From Fimbriosthenelais zetlandica (lineage: Eukaryota): a stretch of DNA of 64,000 nucleotides. The stretch lies in assembly GCA_977030845.1 (NCBI GenBank), contig OZ365112.1, positions 24,490,001 to 24,554,000 on the forward strand, written 5' to 3'. Numbering within the stretch: the stretch's first letter is position 1; every line of letters begins with the position of its first letter. Below are positions 10,176-22,500 of this stretch, in pieces. A model generated the notes under the pieces. That model did not search any database. It was not told the DNA's origin and was given only the letters and a program-made list of their open reading frames with translations. The translations under genes were made by a program, and so were the position numbers.

Positions 10176-10303
10176 ATTCCTGGGCCACAGCGGTCAGCCA
10201 GTGCAGGATATTTACCGCTTCAGTCGGCTTGATGATCCCATGGACATCCTGGAGCGGACCCTGGTGTGGGGACACGTCGCCCCCACAGCCCCCGACACGC
10301 TGG
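10176..10303 (+). CDS. POLD2: POLD2 coding exon 8
   Basis: TGCAG|; encodes (Q)[16 protein letters not shown]...[18 protein letters not shown] ([10 protein letters not shown] motif); donor G|GTAAGT at 10304. Confidence 0.96.
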
Positions 10304-10835
10304 GTAAGTCTCACTTTATAACATCTCTTTACTTCATGGTGATCACAAGTACTGTCAACCACAGTAATGCTTGCTCTTTACTCCACTACTAATACTGATT
10401 AAACTTACTTATAACTAAAATAATAATAAAAAAACATCTAGAACCCTATATTCTCTTTCTCCACCCTCTTTTTTCCTTCCCACACACATACACACAAAAA
10501 TCTCAATTCTTCCTTTCAGGTTCAGTTTCATATATTTTTACTAAAATTATAAATAATATTCTATAAACCTTGGCCAGTCTCTTAGCTGATTTATATAAGG
10601 TCGAAGCCGCACGATACATAGTTCAACTTGTCGCCTGAAAAGTGAAAGCATTCTGCTTATTATAATGCACAATCTCCACAAGCGGGGCGCTAGTGTTCTG
10701 CTTCCTACTTGGGAATCATTCAGTCGTTTCGTCTAGGCTCAAAAGATGGAGACTTGAGTACCTAAACCACCCCTATTGTACCATGTATGATATATAATTG
10801 ATTAAAGTTTCACCCTGATTATGATATCATTTCAG

Positions 10836-10937
10836 GATGTTATCCGTTCTATGATAAAGACCCCTTCATACTCGACCATTGCCCGCACGTCTACTTCTCC
10901 GCCAACCATGACAAGTTTTCCACCAAGCTCTTTGAAG
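10836..10937 (+). CDS. POLD2: POLD2 coding exon 9
   Basis: TTCAG|; encodes (G)CYPFYDKDPFILDHCPHVYFSANHDKFSTKLFE (CYPF..DPFI...CPHVYF motif); donor G|GTAAGT at 10938, phase 1. Confidence 0.96.
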
Positions 10938-13900
10938 GTAAGTTACCCATATTATTGCATAGTATAAGTCTTGCCTCCTGCCAATACTAGTTTTATTTAA
11001 GATATCTTCGAAAGCGGGACAACTACTTAATTCTTGGACAGAGAAAGGTAATTTTAGTATCCAATCTAAAATCTCATATGAGTAAAATGCTTGGTAATAT
11101 GACATTCATTTCAGTTACCGTCAGGTAATATGTTTTTCCTGGAATGCACTGGTTTTATATTTCGGCCATGACCTTCAATGAGATGGTAACTTTTTCCTTC
11201 CGTATTTTATTAAATATTCGTGCGGGTATATTGTACATTATCGTTACTAAGGTACTAAGGCCAGTAGTTTTTCCACGAAACTGATGGAAACTGGCTCATT
11301 GAAAGCGAAAGAAGGATTCTTAATTTGTGCGTTTTGACGGAAAATACCTGGTAGATACAAATTATGAAATCATCTGATAGTATTGGTAAAGAATTTAAAA
11401 TTCATAGGTAAAAAGCATGGGGGCCACGAGCCTCTGCCGTCAACCGTACAAGGGCCTGTCTGTCACCTCACGGTCTCAAGGGTCCAATAACTGTCACAAC
11501 TGACCCCTGTATGAAAGATACAGGAAGTCACAGGGTGTCACTGCTCTAGGTGACCCCGTGCCTTCCTTAACTCATACGTGCTTCCATCATTCTCCATCCT
11601 CCTGTCTCTATCTATCTCCCTCTGTTTCTTTCTCTCCTCCCTTTTCTGTCTCTGTCTCTGTCTTTCTCCCATGGCGTGATGTACATTTTTGTGTAGGCGT
11701 GGACTGGATTTGAAGATCTTGTTCAATGGCTGTGGGATTGATACACAAGAGCAGACCATTATTATGTAAATGTTGGGGATTTTAATTTGCCTCTAAGAAG
11801 TAGTGGTCTTCTACTTCACTGGATTGACTTGAAACATTCCAGTGTAATTCAAAATTCTCCCCAAGAGAACCACTTATGGAGCCAATCTCATTTTAAGCGC
11901 ATGAAAAACATTTCTTTCAGTTTGTATTAGTTCCTTCCAAGAAACGGTCAATATTTGTTTGTTTCATGCTCCCCAATTTTTTTAATTTCGCTGAAAATGT
12001 AACTGTCGGAAAGGCAGGTTCACTTCATTTGTCCGGTTTCATTGAAATCTGATGATTTTGATAATTTGTGGAGACAGGAGAATGATTAAAGGTTTGGAAA
12101 TACGATGCTGATGATCCGTCTGGCACCTTGTAAGCCACCCTATCTCCCAGCCCGCCATTCGATCTAATACTCACAAACACCTGTTGGATTGCTGTTGTCT
12201 TTGTCGATTGGTGTCTCCCTCTACCGCCTCACCTCCACCATTCCTCCACCGTCTTGTTATGCAGTCCAGAGGCTAGAGGTAAATGAGGGAATGGAGACGA
12301 GGGCTGGTTGAGGCTGCTCATTCTGGTACACGATTACCCTTACCTTGCTTCACCAAAGGGTCCTTCATTACCCGCCACCAGCTAACCGGTTACCCGGCAA
12401 GGTGGTAATACAGAGAGCTGTCTTTGGGCCATTTCCCTGGGGGTGGAATCAGGGGGCATGAGGCTCGGGGCAGGCCGAGATGGAGTCAACACTGGCCACC
12501 TTCTCCAGGCTCCTCCAGGGCGGATCAAGTGTCACAGATTGCCGTGTTAATGCTCAATGAAGTCCTCCAGGCGGGATCAAGAAATGACAAATTATGCTTT
12601 CTTCATTTCACTTTTATGGAGGGCATCTGCCTCCGGCTTGGGCTTCTGGTGCCCATGGTTTCTATTATGTCTCACACGCGTTATTTTCTGACCAATTCTC
12701 CCCGTTATTGTTCAGCACAAGAGGTTATTTAAACTGACCATATGTAAGGTGGTTAGTAGGTTGTGGATGCCTCTGTTGCCTCTTGTCTGATGTCTCAGAA
12801 CAATTTTCAAAGTACCGCTCTGAAGAAGTGAAACATTTAATAATATGTTTAATTTGTGACATGTTCATGTACGCTACAAGTTAGCTTCATTTCTAGTGGC
12901 CTATAGCTTATCCACATTGATTGGATCTCAGTGCCTCAACTTCAGTCACTTGGCATCTTTACAAAGACCCATTTTACATGCCAATTTTGGGTATGTAGGT
13001 CTTGCCAGAGGGAAGAAGGGAGAGTTAATTTAATTATACCCAAATAGGACTCTCTTCTATGGGGATTTACATGATTAAGTAGGGGAGTATTAATTGCTGG
13101 AGGGGAAGGTGGTGGAGGAGTGATGTAGGATATTCAAGGGGATTAAGCTTCACCTCAGCGGGATTGAGAGAGCCTCACGTTTGCCCTCCTACTCCGGGCA
13201 CATCCCCCGCTTCCTCCCATTAACCAACCATGGTGGGGGCATTACTGGCGGGTTCCTCCTGATGAAATATAAATCCACCAGCTGCATTTTTAACTTGGTT
13301 TGTTTCCGACCGTCCTCTCGTCTTTTTCCCCACTCTGACGGCTGGTGAGGTAGATCCCAGGGCTCGAGGTTTGGATTAAGATGGTCCTATACCACTAATC
13401 TCCCCTCTCCACACACCTCCTAAGCCCCATCTCCGCTCCAACCCCCGCATCGTATTCTACCTCAACTATTCCTCACCCTCCTCCCCTGGATTTATATCCG
13501 ACACATATAAATGACACCGCTTCTCTCGTCCCAGGATCATCCGAGGATTATCTACATGCGGTCTTTAAGATTTAGGTACTCGTGGAAAGGTCATCTCAGC
13601 GTCTATATAAAAGTACACCCTAACCAACAATGTAACTCATCACCCTCCCGCTTTCTATGGCTGCTTTTCGTTCCTGTTCTGGCGAACTGTCACCCAAGGA
13701 AATGTGAAGGTTAAAAGAGGATATCTCCGGAGGATATTAAAGTAAAGAGAGGAAGGTTGCCCGCCCACTAATCTATAAAAGGTCCGATAACCAATGACAG
13801 AAGCCATTAAAATGACATTGAGTGGATCAGAATGGGATAGTTTGTAAGGCAATATGTGGGTGGTTACATTAGCCCAGATATAACATCGGTCCTGTCTGAG

Positions 13901-14331
13901 ATCTAAGGTAAAAATCCCCAGTCAGGTGAGGACTAATCGGGCTTGTCATCCAGGATCAAAGTGGACGCCGAAAGCTGTGTAAACCTTCTCGTGTCAGCTG
14001 GCTGCGGCCTCTTAGCAGACGATGAAAAAGTTGCTAGACGCTGCGGCCCGCTGCTCAGCTCCGGCGTTGGCAATCATTGGGCGCCAATGTTGTTGGTGAA
14101 ATATCGTCTGCTCGATTGCTGCATCACTTTTCCAGACGAAGGTCAATATGTGCTGTGAGATGAGGAGATGTGGCGACCTTAACGGTCGTGAGATATTGGC
14201 AATATTAGATCAGATGTAATTATTGGTCTTGGATCATGGTGTGGTGCTTAGAAGATAAGCTTCTTATCTTCCAATAATGTTGCGCTTTCACTGAACCGTT
14301 TGGTCGGGTGGTTGCTAACGCACAGTTGCTC

Positions 14332-14850
14332 ACTCAGGAGCTCACTCCGTCACTCACTCGCTCCTTTGTTCAGGAGCTCACTCTCTCATTCATTTGCTCC
14401 TTTGTTCAGGAACTCACTCCCTCATTCATTTGCTCCTTTGTTCAGGAGCTCACCCTGCCACTCACTCTCTCCTTTGTTCAGGAGCTCACCCTGCCACTCA
14501 CTCGCTCCTTTGTTCAGGAGCTCACCCTGCCACTCACTCGCTCCTTTGTTCAGGAGCTCACCCTGCCACTCACTCGCTCCTTTGTTCAGGAGCTCACCCT
14601 GCCACTCACTCGCTCCTTTGTTCAGGAGCTCACTCCCTCATTCACTCGCTCCTTTGTTCAGGAGCTCACTCCCTCATTCACTCGCTCCTTTGTTGAGGAG
14701 CTCACTCCGTCACTCACTCGCTCCTTTGTTGAGGAGCTCCCTATGACATTCACTCGCTCCTTTGTTCAGGAGCTCACTCCCTCATTCACTCGCACCTTTG
14801 TTCAGGAGATCACTCCCTCATTCACTCGCTCCTTTCGTCAGGAGAACCTT
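14332..14850. repeat. 36-bp minisatellite, about 14 copies
   Basis: Unit TTTGTTCAGGAGCTCACCCTGCCACTCACTCGCTCC with starts at 14365, 14401, 14437 ... 14833. It explains the three repetitive ORFs at 14300-14853. Confidence 0.97.
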
Positions 14851-15654
14851 TGATCAGTCCCTCGATATCACTAGTCACTCACTCAGTTATATGCTCGCTC
14901 ACAGTAACTTGCTCGGTTAGTCGGTCGGACTATTAGCTCGCTCCGTCTTTCATTTGTTCACTCACCCGCTCCATCACCTGCTCATGTGTACTGGTGTACG
15001 TAATTGCTTTATTTTCTCATTTCATTCAGCCTGACATGCCTTTATTTTCCTTCCAAATCTCCAGTGTAGGAGACAATGGATTAGGATTAATGGCGTGGGT
15101 GTATGGGTGGCATTGTGTGGGGTGCACTAATTGTAATAGACCTGAAACGTGCAGCAATTATAGCCAGGCTATGTCAGACTGCTGTGTTAGCCACAATCAA
15201 GCCTACCCCTGACGTGACCGCTAAATCACATTAAGACCTTGTCCTAATTACCTCAGCCTTGATCAGGCAGAGAGAAATGTCTGAAATCAGCAGGAAAAAA
15301 AACCTTCCCCCGAGCAGAGGCCAGAAACCGGCCGGAGTGGCAGTGATGTCATGAGAATTCTGACCCCTGTCTATCCACCCACCAGTCTCACAGGGCGCGG
15401 GATGAACTTTGCCCTTGAAAGGTCTGATAGGGACCTTGGGTTCTGTCATGTTCGTCTTTTGATTTAGCAAACTGTTTATATAAATAGTGCTCAGACGAAA
15501 TGAGACCCATGATACCAGCAACATTGTACTAACTCACTTGTAACCGTTTCTCTTGTTTTGGGACGTGTTATCGGTAATAATTATTCTGATTTCATCTTCC
15601 TTATTCTCTTTCTCAATCTGTATAGATTCTATATCTCCATCTTTTTCTCCTTCT

Positions 15655-15760
15655 CGCTCTCTATCTCCACTCTCTGTCTCTCTCTCTCTCTGTCTCTCTC
15701 TATCTCTCACTCTCTCTCCTCTCTCTCCCTCTCCCTCTCGCTCTCGCTCTCGCTCTCTCG
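15655..15760. repeat. Degenerate (CT)n microsatellite
   Basis: CTCTCTCTGTCTCTCTC...CTCGCTCTCGCTCTCTCG. Confidence 0.9.
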
Positions 15761-16711
15761 TTCACAGCCTTCATGTGCCTCCAGGCAGACAGCCCCGTTC
15801 TCCACCCCACCAATGACACCACTCATTAAGGTTAATGATTCAACTGACTTGTTGCCAGGAGGCAAATTTGGCCAACCTACCTCCCGTCTCCCCCACTCTG
15901 CGGTCCATTCAGGAAAACCTTAACTTCAAATAATTTTATCATAAGCCTGAACAATGTTCAGGCCTATGAATAGGCCCTATACCCTAGCCCTAGGCTACCA
16001 TGATTTAACAGACTGAACAATGTTATGATTTTAGACCTGGAGTGATTTATTATTGAGAAATTAATCTCTTGAATTGTGGCCATTTCCAGAATTAATTACT
16101 TGGATCAGTCACCTGGCATGGCGTTAAATCACCATTCATTAATTCATTGGATCAGGCACAGTAGAAATATAGGCTTAGGCTTACTGAGTATAGTTAGGCC
16201 TAGTAGCCCCCGAGCCATAAACTGCCTATAGGCCTATAGATATGCCTAATGTGAAAATACAGGCCCCCATAGACCTATGCATATATAGAACGGTAGGCCT
16301 ACTCACGTACGGTAGTTATCCAGTAGGCCTACGGTAGGGCTAACTCAGAGTGAGTGTAGGCCTAATTAATCAATTAACGATTAACTACCAATTTAAATGT
16401 TACAGATGAATTATGTAGAGGCGCATAAACTTTTACTATAGTAGCCTACAGAAAACTAATTCCCTTCGAAATCTGTGTTAAAAAAGTCAAAGAATGAACC
16501 ATTCTCGACTCGGGAGTACGCGCCCTATCTCTCATCCATTCTGCACTAGCCTGTAAACAAGCCTCGTCCTCCCAGCGGAATAGGCTAGCCTCACCGGGAC
16601 AGATACTCCGTCTAATTCTGCACCATTGCTATAGTTCCGCTACTCTCCACAGCAAGCCGCCACTGTTCCACTGTGGCGCCACTGCGTGGGGGTCACGGGA
16701 GGTAAAAGTAC

Positions 16712-16793
16712 CGCAGCCGGCAGGATTCGAACCTGCGCGGGCAGAGCCCAATGGATTTCAAGTCCATCGCCTTAACCACTCGGCCACGACTGC
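16712..16793 (-). tRNA. tRNA-Ser(TGA), intronic and antisense to POLD2
   Basis: 82-nt cloverleaf: acceptor GCAGTCG/CGGCTGC, D-arm GCC..GGC, anticodon arm ATGGA-CTTGAAA-TCCAT, long variable arm, T-arm GCAGG-TTCGAAT-CCTGC, discriminator G. TTTT terminator a few nt downstream (16704-16707). Confidence 0.97.
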
Positions 16794-19514
16794 CGGTGGT
16801 AGTGGTGCGCTGAAATTCCCTACCGGAGGCTAGGTGCTACATCCGTGGGAGGTGAAAGCCGGAGTGGGGGCGTGTTGTGACGTAGTTACACTGAAAAATA
16901 CAGTGAGCGGAGGTGGAATTAAAGGCGTGTGATCCGAATGCGTGGATAGAAGTATGATTATATTATTTTATTTTCACATTTTAGATATATTTTTACATCA
17001 TCTCTGATGGATAAGTCTAATATTTCTTATGTAGGCCTATAAGAAATACATATTGTAAAATAGGTTACTAGATCTAGAAAATGGATAATTAGGCCTAAAG
17101 AAAAATCTATTCTGAAAAAATTCTCCGAGAAATGTCCATGATTTTATTTATAGCAGAAGTTCCGTTAGAGTAAGATTCTGACTAGATATTTACAGTCTAA
17201 ACCCTGAGGAATTAGAGCGTGAAATAGCGGTCACATCTCCCATTAAAAATGAATTTTATTATTTAAAATATTTTTTAATCTAAAACAACAACTATGACTT
17301 CATAGAAAGTTCCAGATCGCCCAGAATTTGTAGGAAAATCTCAAAATAACATAGGTAAATGTGAATCCTGTGTATAGGTTAAGTGTTGAGACTATAAATA
17401 GGTGAATTTTGCTTGTATGCACGCATGGATGTATGGTGTAGCCTACATGGTACTTGACGCCTCCAGCTGTGTACCCAAGCAGCCAAAGGTCACACTTTCT
17501 ATGTCACCTGCACGCGGGGGCGGCATTCCGTGTTGTGAACAAATGTGAAGACAGTGTACAGATTCAGGTGGTAGTAAATGCGCCGAGTGAAATTAAATCT
17601 ACTAATGGTTGCGTGTCCGCGTAAAAGGCAAATGAGCCAACGATTCCATTGCACTGTCGACACAGACAATGGACCTATGGAAAGGAACACATTAGCCTTT
17701 TTGCTAGGTTTTACCATTTTTGTGGTTTTTTTTCTCTCCACAGAGCAAGAAGTAATTTTTTGGTCGGATTCAGAATTATTTTTCTTGGAGAATGTTTGAC
17801 TTTTTGTCTCTTGTCATTTCTTATGTACAGGCTCTTTGCCTGTTTATCTACCCCCATCTCTCTCAGCATCTCTCATGTATGTTTCTCCCTTTTTTCTCAC
17901 ATATAAAAATAAATATATTTCCATTAATTACTGCGCTTCTTTGCTGGTAATACGAGACTTCTTCCTGCACAAACGCTAGATATCTTATACTGTATAGGGA
18001 AAAAAGATGTTTTTGTAGCGTGTCCCATTGATCACCGGGGACATCTAATGAGTGTATACTAAATTACCCTCATTAATCAGTCCCCAATAGACTGGACGTC
18101 TAGATTCTCCCCGTGTCTCCACTATAATAGGAAAACAGTGCAATGAATTAGCCCGAGACATCAGTGATAGTTTACAATGAAAAACGACAGACCGGCTTTG
18201 GGACATATATCAGTATACTAAAGGTTATTTTCAATTGGTTAATATTCTTCAGTTATTTGCCCAATGACAGCGGAAGTGTACTCTATATAATAATTGGTTC
18301 TACTATAGTACCTACACTTATCAGTAACCATTGTGGGGCTGAGTTGGCCTAACTGAGCTCTTATTGAGAAGCTCCTATAGGTCTTTGTATTGTATAAATG
18401 TATATATGTTCATTATCCCACTCTCTGCATTTCACATCATCCAGGTGTTTCTAGAAGGTCTACTATAGTCTCATACAAGGAGACAGAGGTGGGCGAGCGC
18501 ACTATATGATATTCATGTTTAAAATATCGGAGGGAGAATGAAATCCTGCCAGTATTGCTCACCTCTCGGCAGGCCTTTTCCCACGTGGCCACTTCCTCTA
18601 ATGCGGAGTCACGACCTCAGCTATACCTCCTCCCCTGGCGTCTTTTCTCTCAGGGAAAAGAACTCCAAAGGAGTTGCAGCTAAGAGTTGCAGCGGGAGAT
18701 ATATTTCACCTGGCGTTTTAACAACCTGATGGAGGCCTGCCCCAGTGGAGGGTCGTGGTGCAGGTGTATGCTTCAATACAAGAACTGTACTCAACCTATA
18801 ATGAAAGCCATTGGGAGAAACACCTATATTGTCAACAGTTGCATAGAAATCTTTCTTATTTTGTGCGGAATTAATTTTGATGAATTTTCTGCGGCAACGT
18901 CAGTTTCCTTTCAATTTCATCAATATAAGATTCCTATTGATAATCCTGAATCAGTTTTGCCGATTCCGTCCTGAATTTTTGGAATAAACTGAGAGGCTAA
19001 GTCAAAATCAAATGGAAAACAAAAGGAAGACTAAGCCATATTAGAGAGCTGGGATTATTGTCCTATGGTGCTTTGATGGAGGGACTCCCTTTACTGATGT
19101 CTGCTACCCCTTTAATCCCTGATATAAACATCTGATAGCCTTAAGGCCAGCTTGATCAAAGACCTGTTTTGAAAAGGACCAAAGTAGAGCTATATACCTG
19201 TGCCGACTGCATGTATTAAACACTGGCTATTTATACGGCCTGCTCGCAGTACAAAGGCTCATGAAGAGATGACACGTCCTCCCCTCGGATATCCACTCAT
19301 AACACGACTCCCTCAAAAGAGAATCTTTCTTCGCGCGTCCATTTTTCCTCACCACTTATTTATCTGCTGTTTTGGACCTTTTCGGAGGTAACACCACTAC
19401 TGCCTATTCCACCCTTTCTCAAGGCTAAGGCCCTCTCGGAGGGCCATGACTCGCAGTATTGCCGGAGCTGCCAGGGCCTTATGCGGGCGGATCAAAGCGA
19501 AATACACACAGGTC

Positions 19515-19528
19515 GTTACTATGGCAAC
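19515..19528. promoter_or_regulatory. RFX X-box-like motif (intronic)
   Basis: GTTACTATGGCAAC; function unverified. Confidence 0.35.
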
Positions 19529-22500
19529 TAATGTCCGTTTACTCCTTGTTCACCATGATTGTGATTAACCGTTTTGGCGCATGCTGGAGGTATGATTTCC
19601 GGCCATGGGCCACGAGCTGCCTTGATGTGAATATCAAGGGGATAAGACTGTTATGGAAATGTCTATAGTCCCTTATGATGCCCTCCTCCGGCATAAGAGA
19701 TCTTAGCCTGGAGGAGAGAAAAGGGACTGGCAATGACCAGGAGTAAGGCGGACCATTCATCAATACTGGTCCTCTGCCTATGGCAAAATTTACTTAGATA
19801 AGAAAGGTCAATGAGGTGTTTATCCTTCATGTTTCTCATCGAGGTTCAAAGAGAAAATCAATTATTTAACACCGACGGGTATCCTGCAGCAATCTGCTTT
19901 ATATCGGCGGGAATATTGAAGACGTTACGATGACAGTTATGGGGAGGATAATAGAAATTAGCTATTGAATAGTGTTCAGAGTTCCCCAAAGGAAAGGCCA
20001 AAGACGTTCTTTCATGTGTTTGCGTCTGGTGTTTTGCATCCTCTCTGGCTTCTTTCGAATGTTTGTTTTATTCTCCAATTTCTTCACTAAAACCTCGCCT
20101 GAAGACTGCTGGACTACCGATACATGATTTGAGGTAAAAACATACATCTGATGTTTTACACCGTTGTGTAAACAGTATGGTTTCTTATTTGAATCTGTTC
20201 GATCCAATCTAAACCATAGTGGGAAGCCGAAGGGAGAGTTCGCTGTATTTTATCAATTCCCAGACTGCGCACATTGATCCTGGGCTGCATACTTTGATCA
20301 CCCTACCAGAAGTACCCTGTCACTCACCGAGCCAGCTTTTAATAGTACCCCATATCCTACATATACTCGCGTCCCGAGAAAAATGTGGGGATTTTATTTC
20401 AGTACTGTTAATTGCTGATTCTGTTGAAAAATTGTTCAATGTGGTGGATGTTCTTCTGTTACAGAAGGCCCTGTTTTCTCAAGAAGAAATAATCTTCCAA
20501 GTTTTCCATTTCACCACTGACCACACCTGGGAAAGTTCTGTGCCCGTACACTGACGTCAGGGAAGTTAATCTTGTTAGTGTCAACTTAGGCTGAAACCAA
20601 CCTCCACTGAATCCTTATAGCAGGGCGGAGGAAAGCCAGGAATTTCCTACCGAGATCACTCAGCATTCAGGGCATCTTTCTTTCGAGAAACACTACCTTA
20701 GATTTAATCTACTCCCCCTGAATAAGGTCCTCAATCCTTTTCAGCTAACTATAGCTAAGGACATTGAGCATTTTTTCCCATGCTGCCATTTATTAGCTGA
20801 GATTGAGTGACCACTTAAGCAGAAGAAGGGAAATCCTGGCCCACGTGTCATTAACGCCTGCTAGTTCGCCTTTCGCCCCTGTAAATAGGGGTGGTGTCGT
20901 TTTGCTGAACCCAGCCTCGAGAGCACAGGTAATCGTTAGGTTGCAACAAATTGACATGTCAACTCTGCCCTGTGGGATTGGGTGCCCCTGGAGTATAGAT
21001 TATCTTCCTGTCATACGGGCATGTAGGGGACAGGGCTTCTGATACCATATCGAGACCCAGGCTCCCCTGGGCATGTGTCAGGTTTTCCAGGTCGCTGACC
21101 TCGGCTCTCCCTCCACAGTAATGTTGGCTTTGTGTTCTTAGGTATGCACTTTATATATTAAAGGCTTTCAATGTTGTTGCAATTGTGAGTTCTGTAGTCC
21201 CGACGATATTGTTTCACATATAATTGCTGCCAAGTTTTAACATTCACTGTTGAAGCGTCATCTAGAACATAAAGTCATAGTCGGTCTCCTGCTATTCGAA
21301 TTTCGTAGGATGTCCCTAGAACTGAACTTACTGAGGCCGAAATTTCCAGAAGAAAATCTGTTGGTTACGGCAATTACTCAAATACCTCCAGTGCTATAGA
21401 GGACCTTAAGATCAGGCATGGATTCAGGGCCATCCGACAAGTGTTTTTCACACCCTTCCTCAACAACAACTCTTAAAAGCACTTTAATTTACAACATTGG
21501 GAGAACCCATTAATTAACAATCAAATCCCAAATTTTAATATCAAAAAGGTCGAGCCAATTGTGGGCAGGTTTAATTCCCAACAATCATGTGTTGATAACC
21601 TTGCTCGCTAATTGCCAGGAATTTTCTTTCATTAATTTCAGCCTGATTTCAATTACAACACCAGCAAAGGTACCATTAAAATGGCCTTTTGCCAGAGATT
21701 TACCACCCCAGCCCGATGATCAGTTGTTCTAGCCTGACCCTGGACTTGCTGATCTATTGCTCCTGCCTGCCAGCTACGCCGCCTATTGCCACCCACTGCA
21801 AGTGTTATCAGCCATGATGGCCACCGTCAGATGGGATCCAGCTTGCAAATTGATTTTCACTTTTGCCCACTACCTTGTGTGGGCCTTGTGGCTTAGGGGT
21901 GTTGAAGCTGGGAAGGGAGCGGGAGGGCTTTTTGCCTGCCGGCCTTTGAACACCTCTATTGGAGATTCTAATAGTGTTCACAGGGAGTGGCAGGACCGAG
22001 GCCATACAAGAAGTTAACCACATTGCTAATGGTGTTGGCCTGGATGAGCAAGCCCTCGGGATAACATACTCTGACAAATATTGCGTATGATTTGACAGAG
22101 GACAATGTAATAAACCTGGTTTATCCAAGTGGAGGGTTGGGAGAGAACTATAACAACCTCTCCTTCCCCTCCTCACCCACCCCAGGTTGTCATCCAGAGG
22201 ATAGACTTGCACTGAAACCCTCATCTTGGGCTAAATATGTCAGCAGTACTCCCCAGATTTTGATATCTTTGATGACAGAAAGTTTAAATGGCCTGAATAA
22301 CAAACAGGATGAATAGTAGAAAACCTCAAAGAAAATGATGTACATACCAGAAGTAGGTGTGTGCATGTGGTTTGATCCGGGCTTGTTGTAATTGCCTGAT
22401 GTACCTTGTTCTTTTAAGATTTCAACATTTTTACTCCACGCTAAGCACATATTTTTTCGGCTGGTCATTACATTAGGTGTAAATGACCTTAACAGGACCA

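Noticed and set aside
11115-11124. 10-nt microexon (TTTCAG|TTACCGTCAG|GTAATA) just after POLD2 exon 9
   Set aside because: It would shift the frame relative to exon 10 and has a weak donor; there is no supporting evidence.
12747-12768. let-7-like string AGGTGGTTAGTAGGTTGTGGAT
   Set aside because: The seed does not match (no TGAGGTAG), and I found no complementary arm.
14332-14850. 36-bp repeat array as a CRISPR or repeat-protein gene
   Set aside because: The units are contiguous with no unique spacers, the context is eukaryotic, and there are no splice signals linking the open frames.
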